From: Penicillus capitatus
Taxonomy: Eukaryota > Plantae > Chlorophyta
Length of the DNA: 64,000 bases
Direction: 5' to 3'
Assembly (NCBI GenBank): GCA_965649825.1
Contig: OZ287698.1
Location: forward strand, 201,949 to 265,948
Shown here piece after piece: positions 46,789 through 56,613 of the stretch. Each line of letters opens with the position of its first letter. Position 1 is the stretch's first letter. Below the pieces are notes generated by a model that searched no databases, was not told the DNA's origin, and saw only the letters and a program-made list of their open reading frames with translations. Both the position numbers and the translations under genes were made by a program.

Positions 46789-48197
46789 ATGGATCGCAGA
46801 AGTTCCGCCGAGAGTAACCACGAGCTCTTCGGCGTCCCCTTCCATAGCCAAACCTCGCGATATGAAATGGTACGTCATCGGAGACAGCACCGACTCAGTT
46901 CCCCTCCGCCGTCCACTCAGACTCCCTTCCTCACTGAATACTCTTGCACGACTGATCACCCGGGCCTCGCTGCACTTTTTAGCGCGCCTTTTCCTCTTGC
47001 CTCGCCGCAGTGCCTCGAGAAAAGGAACCACCGTTGGCCTGTAGATGGAAAAGATCGTCAAGGAGGAAGTGGGTACATCATATTGGACAGCCTGGGATAC
47101 TGTTCAGAAAGAGCACGTCACTGTCAAGCGATACATAAGGGGACCTCATGTAAGCCGCCCTGGCGGGCCATTATCATCTACATGCATAGTGTGCCGACTC
47201 CTCAGGCGGACGAGAGCGTAACGAGAGACGTGCACAACCAGAGAGCGCTTCTGCATCCACACATCACTCGGATGCGCGAGGTTAGAACAAGGTGCTTCGG
47301 CGATGACGATCCGGATGGGCCATGTCGTAGATCGTCGTGGGGAAGTTGTCGTTTGACGTTGTCATGGATTTCGCGCCAGGGCGAAATCTGGCTTACTACG
47401 CCGACCAGTTCGCCCCACTGTCCGAGCGCCATGCACGCCACTTCTTACAGCAGCTGGTCATCGCCGTCGATTTCTGCCACAGGCGCGGGCAGTGTGTGGG
47501 CAACATCTGTCTGGACAACCTCGCCCTGAATTCCGAACTCGACATCGTCAAGCTGCAGAATCCGAGACTGGGCAAAGTAATGCTCTCTGCGCGTCGCTCT
47601 GGATGGAAAAGAACAAGCAACCGTGCAGAGCTTCGTGGAGCAGTCAAAGTCTCGCAGTCTTGCAAACGCCTGCGACTATGCGTCGCCGGAAACAGTGAGT
47701 TCCGAAGGCGTCAAGCCGGAAGACGGTTGCGCTGTCGACGTCTGGGCAATCGGAGTCTGTCTCTTTGCCCTGCTCTACGGTTACATGCCCTTCTCTGACG
47801 AAAAGCACGACACCGACGCCACACGCGTTGCCAACACGCGTGCTCGCATTTTGGCCAGAAGACTTGAAGTTCCGGACCGCCACATCGAACACCCTTTTCG
47901 GAAGAAGCGGATCTCGGCAAACTGCTTGGATCTCTTATACCGCCTGCTGGAGCACGATCCTCGAAGTCGCATCGCGATACCGGGTACGCTGTTCGGTTTT
48001 CGTCCCTTGGACTGAGAACGGACCGTCTAGAGGTTATGCAACATCCGTGGTTTCTCAAAGGATTGCCCGAGGGTGCTTTGGAGCTGAACGATTCCATCGA
48101 GCGCGCAGATGCCACGCTTCCCGAGCTCGACAAAGGAAAACGAAACGATTCTATTGTCCGGAGGTTCCTGTCTTGCGGATTTCCGTCCATAAAATGA
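46789..48197 (+). CDS. SnRK2/CAMK-group-derived pseudokinase
   Basis: VTRDVHNQRALLHPHITRMREV, LSERHARHFLQQLVIAVDFCH, DYASPE, DVWAIGVCLFALLYGYMPF and RIAIP|EVMQHPWFLKGLP give a SnRK2-like scaffold. HRD is replaced by VGN, DFG by NPR, and the beta-3 Lys is absent. Confidence 0.8.
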
Positions 48198-49040
48198 TAT
48201 CTTTGATCAGGACATCAGTCAATAAATCGATCTTCGTCTGTACATATACCGCCTGATGATCCGTATTCTGTTTTTTGCCTTTTCCCTATTCTTTAGAAGA
48301 ACTAACGAACATAATGTTCATTCATCCAAGTATTGTGCGTGAAGTTCCTTACCGGGAGTTAGCGTAATAATAACGGCGACTGCTCAAGCTGTGCCAATTC
48401 GAGGTGGTCGTATTATGATCAAGTGAACGATCTTGTCACCTTGGTGGATCTCTCGTGTTTGAAGAATGCTGATCGTTCGTTCCTGCATCTGCCATCGTCT
48501 CGCGCCTCGACGGAATAACACACACGGGTGTACAGCACCCGATTCTATCCGCGTGATTGTCTGAAATGTTGGGATTGCCACTGCCTCGTGACGTCTACCA
48601 GATCATTGTGCTGCACGGAAGGATGCGGCGTGACTAGCACGCATCCCCTTCTCGTCATATTCGTAAAGGGCGCCGTTTTGGCCTAAAAGGCAAAGATATC
48701 GCCATCTGACTGCAATCACTATCTATCCCGCTCACAGCTTGTAGGTAACATTTCATATGCTGCAAGCCACAGAGCTGAATTCCGCAGCAAAGATATCGGT
48801 GTTAGACTGTCGTTGGATTTCCGTCCGTCGTCCAGTTCAGCAATACTTTTCATCTTCTCAGGATGAGAGGAAAGCCCCCGCCTTTGATTATGTCTGGCCA
48901 AGCATAATGAAGTAAGAACTAACTGACCATCGCGATAACGACCAGATAGAGGTCTTCTTGGTCTAACCAAGTGATGAATGTAAAGTGGGACTCCTGATAA
49001 TGGTAGATGAATCCTCGCCAGAATGCCGAAGTAGATGTGA

Positions 49041-49441
49041 CACCTCTCGTCACTGTTAAGTCCCATGGGATGACGAGTCGATTGCGTGGGCGGATAGTCT
49101 TATCCGTGGAAAAGGACAGAACATTCCCCTTCCCTGTGCAGTTGATGATGTCTTGCAGGTCCGTGCTTCTCGAGCACAGTGTCGTTGATATGCCACACTC
49201 TCCCTTCGAGGAGTGTCTCAATCTCTTCTGTCTTCAGAATGCAGCCACTGTCTGCACAACATCGTTTGAGAATCACGACGCGTCGAGATTCGCTCGAAGA
49301 ACCGTCAACGTTCGGCCGCGCCGAGAGAAAACGCACGAATCAAGACAGCGAGTAAAAATGGCGCGGCGGTGTCGATGAAGAGATTCCCCAAGAGCTTCGA
49401 ACAACGATAAGAACGGTTTTCCGATGGCGGCGGCGATTCAT
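49041..49441 (-). pseudogene. Truncated 5' fragment of the Pmp-repeat gene
   Basis: Copy of 32039-32435 only. It carries a +1 insertion (GAGAAGCACGGACC versus GAGGAGCACGACC) and a GT-to-GC change at the putative first donor. Confidence 0.75.
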
Positions 49442-50102
49442 CTCAAGGCACCTGAGGTGTCAAGCGTCTGACTCGCTGCGGGTTGCGAAAGCAAAAAGAT
49501 TATGGACGCTGTCCACAAGAGTGCTTTCAGCGCTGCGTCCAATTCACGTGCATGCGAGAGCAGTAAGGTTGCTGCACCCATCGTCTGCTGCGCGACTAGG
49601 AGAAAGGCGTCGCTCTCTTAAAGTCCGTAGGGTATTAGGGGGAAACGCTTAACGGCGATAAGACAACTGGCACAGTATGCGCCTCCTTTCTTAAGAACGA
49701 TTGTTCAAGGCGTTTTCCAATGACTCGCCCATTCCTGATAACTTCGTGTCATCCGCGGCTTCGGTGTCACCAAAGAATAACAAAAACCGACGTGGACAGA
49801 ATATTGCCGACAATAAAGTGATGAACTACAATTTGATTCTTGTCTCGCAATAACGACCACGCACGCATGAATTTAAAGAGGCAGTGATCCGCAGACGGGT
49901 GTTCGCGTATCCATCGCCGCAAGAGTCCTCGACGAGACTGACGCGACAGACAGCAGAGAAGAGGTCGGGTGTACAATCATTCTCATACTTGTTTTTACAA
50001 GTATCGCAGAACGAAACCAAATGGAGGGGACTTAGCAGTCTTTCAATCACATGTTCGAGATCCGTGCTCCGGCTTCGGAGAGCCTCTGGTGCAGATGAGA
50101 TG

Positions 50103-50407
50103 TCATGCCACTTTCACATGACGGGCTTCGGAGACAGCCGCTCTCTTCGTATAGAGACTGTACAGGTAGCGTCCCGTGAACATGTCCGTCAGGCAGCCGA
50201 GACGTCTTCGCCACTTCGACCACCATGTCTCTTCCTGCCATGGACAGTTGCCGAGCGACAGTTCGGACGCTGGGAGAGCCATACCTTCTCTGGACAGTCG
50301 GGAGCGGAGAAGGACTCTTCCTGCATGTGGGCCAGCGTTCCGTAGGCCATGGCCAGGGCGACTGCCGCGGAGACGGCGACCAAAATGAAACGCATAGGAC
50401 AGACCAT
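50103..50407 (-). CDS. 84-aa small membrane protein, copy 2
   Basis: Same exon structure and identical protein to 31062-31366; the intron donor GT is retained. Confidence 0.75.
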
Positions 50408-50681
50408 GTTGCGAAGGCACGACGACGCTTCCTTAGGTGCGGCGAATAGTTCGACGGGACAGACGGACGCGCTTCTGACGAGTTATTCTGACGAGGCAGT
50501 TCAGAGAGAATCGCAGGAGCGGCGAGCAGAACGAGGTCGCTGGCGTCAAGTCGACTGTTTGTCGCGAGCAAACCTCCGAGGCAGATTCTTATTAGGCATG
50601 ACGCGATTCTGCCCACATTAAATCACGCACATGCGTCTCATTCGGCAATCCTCACAGCCAGACACTCGGGTCTGAAACTGT

Positions 50682-51802
50682 CTATCCGCTCCACGCGTAC
50701 GTGTCCTCGGAGGATCCGACGTAGAGCAGTCCCTGGTCGGCCATCTCCTTGACGGCATCTCTGATCTTCCGCTTCCCGAAGTCGTCCTCCAGTCGGCGAC
50801 AGATCTCGTCGATGTGCAACTCCTCTCCTCCCACCAGCAGATGTCGGACGGCCTCCGACATCTCGTTACTTCCACTGCCCTGTGCCTCCCCTCTTGTCGC
50901 TACCGCTGTCGTCATCGGAGGCGGAACGGAGGTGCGGCGCAGGCTCTCCCCGCCGAAGGACGTTTGGGGGACTGGCTGCTTCGCCGTTCGCGAGGGAGGA
51001 GGTCCTCTGGTGAAGTAGAGATGCTGGTGGATGCATCTGGCGAAGTGACACGTGATCTACATCCAAACGGCTCTTTGCAGATCAGAGGAGCTTGCGGTCG
51101 ACTTCGTTGAAATCCGTCACTGGACGGATCGAAAATGCGCCACAGAAGCCTCCGTCTGCGAATAGACGATAGTGTCCGTGCACCTTCGCCCACATCCCCA
51201 CCTCCAGCCCATCTCTATCTTCCTGTCATCATCAACGTTCACACTTAGGATGTAATTTTTAATCGGCACGGACATTGGGTTCATCAGGGCCGGTGCTCTT
51301 CATTTCTTTGAAACGCCTTATACTAATCACTTCGGTGCCATCATCGATGATATACCTCCAGCAGGCGGTCTGCTCCTCCATAGACATGATCTCGCCCACC
51401 AGGACAACCTGTATACCACACGAGCGGAGGATCCGAAAAATTCACGTGGTAGGTTTCAACGTTCGTCGTCTCGTGGCCGTCGATCCAGTATGAGCGGGAT
51501 GCAGCCACCTGCATCTCCTCATGGCCCTGCGCAAAAGGACGTCTCGCGGAGCCACCACCGTACTGACGGAACCCTCTTGAATTGGAGCAAAGTGAATGCT
51601 CGCAACTCATCAGGATCTTTAACACGCTACAGAACAACGTCTCCCGTATGGATGCGTCGACCCGTGATGACCTACACTGCCATAATTACCCCGAGATGGA
51701 CCGTTTCGGGCGTCACTCGGACGCCTAAAAGAAACTGAGTGTTGGATGGGAAGGCGAGTTGGAGATGTACGATTCTAGAGAGCCTCCTTTGAACTGCGCC
51801 AT
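50682..51802 (-). CDS. RPA2: Replication protein A 32-kDa subunit, copy 2
   Basis: MAQFKGGSLES|RPS, ELRAFTLLQF, WIDGHETTN|VVLVGEI and an intact C-terminus. It stays in frame if intron 2 uses a shifted GTAGGT donor. Confidence 0.75.
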
Positions 51803-52301
51803 CCCAACGTAAAAGACAGCGATCGCGATAGATTCTGTCCGGTTCGTTCTGGATGATGTTTGATTGTCGTTCGATGAGCGTCGTGACGGATAGAGCCGTC
51901 TCGTCTCGAGGAACAGACGACCTTGTCAGCCATCCATTGGACTGGGTCTCACCGACCGGTCGGCCGACGGAGTGCACATTTTCAGAGGGTCGCAGCACGA
52001 AAAAGCAGGAAGGATGGTCGTCGACGTCTGTTTGATGGTCAGTGTCTTATGCCGCACGAATTGTCCCAGGTGCAGATTTCTGCAAGGTGTCTGTCGCATC
52101 AAGTGTGCTCGCTCGTTAATACTCGCGCCACAAATGACGATGATATGATCGCAGCACTCAACGTATTCCGCCTTCACACTGAGCGCGGTCACATCACCAG
52201 CGCGTCTGAACGCAAGAGGAGCCGTCGAGATTCATTCGACAACAGCTATTTTGCAATCCTTTCCTGAAGCAACAGAATCTCCGCGAAGCGCCTGATTTTT
52301 C

Positions 52302-53978
52302 ATGGCGAAGCAGACGGTCTCCGGAGAAACACGACCGAGTTCCAGTCCCTTCGACTACATTGGCCGCCTGTTCGAGGAGGACAACTGGTTTCTTCGAAAA
52401 GTACTCACTTACCTAATCGACGACGGTCTTCACGAGTGTCGCCGTGTGTGTCGTGAATGGAACAACGCGTGTAATACCCTCCCTGTCAAGCTTCAACAGG
52501 TGCCTCGAGAACATCTGAGCAAAGTCCTGGCCACTTTTCCCAACGCTGTCGAAGTCTCGTGCGCTGGAGCTTTCTCGTCAGATGACCTCGGCATTGCTCG
52601 AAAGCTGGCGGGTATGTCCTCACTTAAGCATCTGGATCGACTGAGATATGCCACCGATCAAATGAGCGCCGGAGTGGAAGTCCATCATACAGAAACGTAC
52701 ACTCGACTGCAGTCACTGGCAGTGTCCCTTCAGACGGCATCATTTGAGAATTTCCGCAATGCGTTTCCGTACTTAACAGGACTGAGAAAACTGGACGTGA
52801 ATGGCATGGACATCCCGTATGGCGATCTCCCATCATGGACCCCATTTGAAGAACTCAATGAACTCCGTGAACTCACTCTGTTCGGCGGGTCACTGAAGAA
52901 CGGAAGCAATCAGATCATGTTCCCTGCACCTGCACTGACAAAGTTGACAGTGAACGTTGAGGTTTTCACAAACATGTCTGTGCCCGAACTCCTTTCAGTA
53001 AGATGTCACTTAACTCCAGTTTCATCCTCCTTACTCACTCTGTCTTTTCAGACTGTTGGGCATTACGCTGGCACTCTCCGATCTTTGAATCTGAGTAATG
53101 TTCGTGCGAGATCCGTCGAGCCTTCAAGGATGTGGACAGGTTTGAAGTGCTTTGATCAACTCGAAGTGCTCGAAATGCACATTATCGTCGTTGAGCCAGA
53201 AGAATCTCTCGATTCGCTCTTCTCAGTCGTCGCAGCAATCGATACCCTAAGAAGTCTCGCTCTGTCGATGCATTCTTACCCGAGACATTCCATCGGCGAC
53301 GTCTTTTGTTTTCTGACGAAGTTACAGTCGCTCAGCCTGGTGGTGTACACTTCATTTTTGAGGGCCAGGCGCGTTTCAGTCTGTGTTTCACAATTGACAC
53401 GCTTAACATCTCTAAAGCTCGGAGGAGTATCTATCCGAGGAAGCTTTCTTCCTCTCAGCAAACTGAAGTATCTTTCTATGAACAAGTTGCCGCGATCATG
53501 GGAGGATCCGAGCAATGCACTCGTGCAGTTGACGAACCTGACAGAGTTGCAGTGGAACGATGAAGGTCGGTCCATTCTGTCGAATCACATACTGTCCCAG
53601 CTGAAGAGTCTACGACGTCTGTCCCTTTCTGCACGAGACGATCTGGATCCTGAGGCCTTCCAGTCTCTCGCCTCGTTGACTAATTTGACGACCTTCGCAT
53701 ATTGCAGTTCATCTAAACAAGCCAGCCTGGACAGTTTCCGAAAGCAGTTCACTGTGCTGACGCAGCTTCAGGAACTCACTCTTGAGTGTGGGGGAACGAC
53801 GAGTCAGGAATTCGACGTCCTCGGCCTTTTCGGAGAAGGCACGTTTCCTCGACTCAGACAGTTGGTGTTGTGGCATCCGAAGCAGAAGAGAGGCGACGAA
53901 CAGATGCTGTTTAACAGGTTTCCGTGTTTGAAATCCTACATGCCGAATGAACCAAGGATTCGAATAGCAAGGGTGTGA
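52302..53978 (+). CDS. F-box-like / leucine-rich repeat protein, paralog 2
   Basis: LRKVLTYLIDDGLHECRRVCREW plus LRRs; same in-frame intron as paralog 1. Confidence 0.85.
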   Translation: MAKQTVSGETRPSSSPFDYIGRLFEEDNWFLRKVLTYLIDDGLHECRRVCREWNNACNTLPVKLQQVPREHLSKVLATFPNAVEVSCAGAFSSDDLGIARKLAGMSSLKHLDRLRYATDQMSAGVEVHHTETYTRLQSLAVSLQTASFENFRNAFPYLTGLRKLDVNGMDIPYGDLPSWTPFEELNELRELTLFGGSLKNGSNQIMFPAPALTKLTVNVEVFTNMSVPELLSVRCHLTPVSSSLLTLSFQTVGHYAGTLRSLNLSNVRARSVEPSRMWTGLKCFDQLEVLEMHIIVVEPEESLDSLFSVVAAIDTLRSLALSMHSYPRHSIGDVFCFLTKLQSLSLVVYTSFLRARRVSVCVSQLTRLTSLKLGGVSIRGSFLPLSKLKYLSMNKLPRSWEDPSNALVQLTNLTELQWNDEGRSILSNHILSQLKSLRRLSLSARDDLDPEAFQSLASLTNLTTFAYCSSSKQASLDSFRKQFTVLTQLQELTLECGGTTSQEFDVLGLFGEGTFPRLRQLVLWHPKQKRGDEQMLFNRFPCLKSYMPNEPRIRIARV

Positions 53979-55457
53979 AGGCCCGTGATGACAAACTTCC
54001 TTCTGCATCATCTACAAACGATTCTTACTGTCTGGTTGATTTTTCGACGTCTGAATGAATCTTCTGTACTTGCAGCTCTACCTGTTACATGTTGTTTTTG
54101 ACAGTTGCTTAAGGATATCACGGCCCAATTGATAGTGATGAGTAAGTGATGGCCCTTCTGCTTTGTTTTATTTCATTCTTCGACCGGATTAAACCAGCAG
54201 AAGTCACAGTGTTCTTCACTCTGCGCTTCGTTTTTGTTCGTCGATGAGCAACAACGGCAACGCATTAGAAAGAAACAGCAAGTACGCCCTATCTATCACT
54301 TTAAAGAGGATAGGCTTTGTCACCGTATGAGGAGAATACACTAATGTTAAAATCAAGATCGTCCTATTGTGGTCGGAGCCTGAGAATTCTTGAAGAAAAT
54401 AGACGTGGATTCGAATCTCGCTCGTAGTGCAACCAGATCTTCAAGGCTTGCAGATCTTCGGCATCGATCGATTCCTCTTCGTTTGATGTCATCTATCTGC
54501 ATTCATACTTCCCATTTCTTGGACGCGGTTGGCATCTAAGTCCATCTTCGTCTGACAATCGTAGGCATCGGATGTGTAGAGCTCACAAACCTTGCTTGCC
54601 GTTCGACATTGTGCCGACAATCAAGACTATCTGGTGTTGATATAAAGTTCTAAATCATACTTCAATATACTGTGATGCTGCTGTCAGAGATCTCCGATGT
54701 GGTGGTACGCAAGGTCTCGGCCAATTGTGGTCCAAGGATTCCACTTTCGCTGGACCAATCCCGCAGTACGGCCGTTAACTTTGTGCCCGTTCAGTTGATC
54801 AATCGGCTGCGCCTCGAACAGACAGGGCAAAGCAAAGGGTTCATGGACTGCGCCAGCTAAAGATCACTCGTTGCTAAATGTGGTAAATCAGCTGATCTGA
54901 ACAGCATCCCTGTCTCCTTCATATTCGTGCAGTAATGAGCAAGAGCTGACATGTCGCAACTGGGTTTTCATAAGCAGCTTCGTAGTTATGCAATGGCGAG
55001 CGAACCTTCATTTGGCCTCCTCCAGTTCCAGTGATCAGAATACAGCCAGTTCAGCAAAACTCTCCGCGATGGGTTAAATCCGTGAACCATGTCAAGGCGT
55101 GAGCAGCTGAGTTTGGAAAGAGCAGCTGACGACTCTGCTTCGTCGCCGACTTGTGGAAATCCCGTTTCGAGGAGTTAAGCAGAATCTCCACGTGCGCAGC
55201 TGGTTCTCGTGTTTCGTTACTGGCACTGACTACGATGTCAAGGCTAGGAAAAAGAACGTGGTGGAGATCGATAGCCCTTGGGTATCTTCATTGAGACCAG
55301 TTTTTGATTTCCCATTAAAAGAATTCGTCCGACCCGAAGTGCCGTACCTGATATTCTTAGCTTGTTTATTGATTTGTTCCACCGGCAAAGATCTCGACGA
55401 GGTATTCGTCGCGGTGAACCAAAACACCTTCTGACGAACATTCGTTCGAGTTACCGT

Positions 55458-55603
55458 TGTCAGTGGACAGCTGTCCACCTTCGTGCAGCTGCCACGGGAC
55501 GCGTCAAATGTCACATCGACGCGTATAAAGACCGAACATTAATTGTCAGAACAGTCTTTTAGCTTTACGCCTTCGTCGTTAACCCGTCCTGACGAACACG
55601 ACA
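55458..55603 (+). repeat. TRIM 5' LTR (146 bp)
   Basis: Direct repeat of 56062-56208; contains TATAAA. Confidence 0.92.
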
Positions 55604-56061
55604 TGGTTTCGGAGCGACAAAGATTCCGGCGATAGAATCCCGTCATCAAAGTCTGAAGACTTTCCAAGACACGACCGTGGTGACAGCGTTTTACCTACCA
55701 CCTGCAGTCTGTAGTTCGTTCCACCGTCCGAGTTGCTGTGTTTCAGTTTCACGCTGCGATAAGCGTGCTGTTGCGCATTGTTGTGTTTACGTTCATTGTT
55801 ACTTTGTCCGTGTTTACGTTTTCTATCTGGGTCACCACGGACGTGTTGTCGCTGTGAAGTACGGTTCGAATTTCCAGAGTCGGCGCTGAAGTCTCAGAGA
55901 CGTAAGAGCTACAAAGCTGCGGCGAATGGGCCGCAGAGGGAGAAGCCACGTGACGATGGCCCTGGTTCGACTCCTGGCCAGCCTGATGACATCCCGACTA
56001 TCGTGAAATGTGTTCCGTTCGCATTATTCGGAGTCTGCACAACGGAAAGGGGGCGGGCACA

Positions 56062-56208
56062 TGTCAGTGGACAGCTGTCCACCTTCGTGCAGCTGCCACG
56101 GGACGCGTCAAATGTCACATCGACGCGTATAAAGACCGAACATTAATTGTCAGAACAGTCTTTTAAGCTTTACGCCTTCGTCGTTAACCCGTCCTGACGA
56201 ACACGACA
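56062..56208 (+). repeat. TRIM 3' LTR (147 bp)
   Basis: Direct repeat of 55458-55603, preceded by the PPT. Confidence 0.92.
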
Positions 56209-56431
56209 CCGTTTACAGAACGACGACGAGGTTAACGGCGATTCACCCTATATTGGAGAAGTGGGCAGCAGTTCTATTCTCTCTCCCTCTCAAGGCGCCG
56301 CGAACGACTAAGTAGAGAGAAAGGCAGACGCGTTTGTTAAGACGGTAACCATACGAACACACTCGAGTCCCTTCTCTCCACAACAGCGTGCATCTACCAG
56401 AGTGCGTGTTCACTGGTATCCGCAGGAAAGA

Positions 56432-56494
56432 CGGTCACTGAGCTACGTTCGACGAAGTCGGTCACAGAGCTACGTTCGACGAAGTCGGTCACAG
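56432..56494. repeat. 27-bp tandem repeat, about 2.3 copies
   Basis: CGGTCAC(T/A)GAGCTACGTTCGACGAAGT units start at 56432, 56459 and 56486 (partial). Confidence 0.9.
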
Positions 56495-56613
56495 TCGCCA
56501 CCTGGATGTCTCGCCAGACGAACGTTTTCGAGAGGTCGGGCACGGTCGACAGCAAGCAACACACTGAACCGCCGTGGACCGTCGAGGCAAGTGGCAACCA
56601 TGCGATATTTGCG

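Larger units (their letters stand above)
49041..51411 (-). repeat. Inverted segmental duplication, arm B (partner 30058-32435)
   Basis: Reverse complement of arm A. Similarity ends abruptly after ...ACGAGAGGTG (32435 / 49041). Confidence 0.95.
55458..56208 (+). mobile_element. Complete TRIM (terminal-repeat retrotransposon in miniature), 751 bp, non-autonomous
   Basis: LTRs 55458-55603 and 56062-56208 (TGTC...GACA) are identical except for a 1-bp indel. PBS TGGTTTCGGAGC at 55604-55615 is iMet-like; PPT GGAAAGGGGGCGGG at 56044-56057; TSD CCGT at 55454-55457 and 56209-56212; the 458-bp interior has no recognisable protein domain. Confidence 0.92.

Noticed and set aside
55914-55985. Functional tRNA gene
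   Set aside because: There is no canonical anticodon arm, and the acceptor and T stems have mismatches. It is kept only as a tRNA-like finding.
56432-56494. CRISPR-like repeat
   Set aside because: The 27-bp units are directly adjacent with no unique spacers, there are only about 2.3 copies, there are no cas genes, and the context is eukaryotic.
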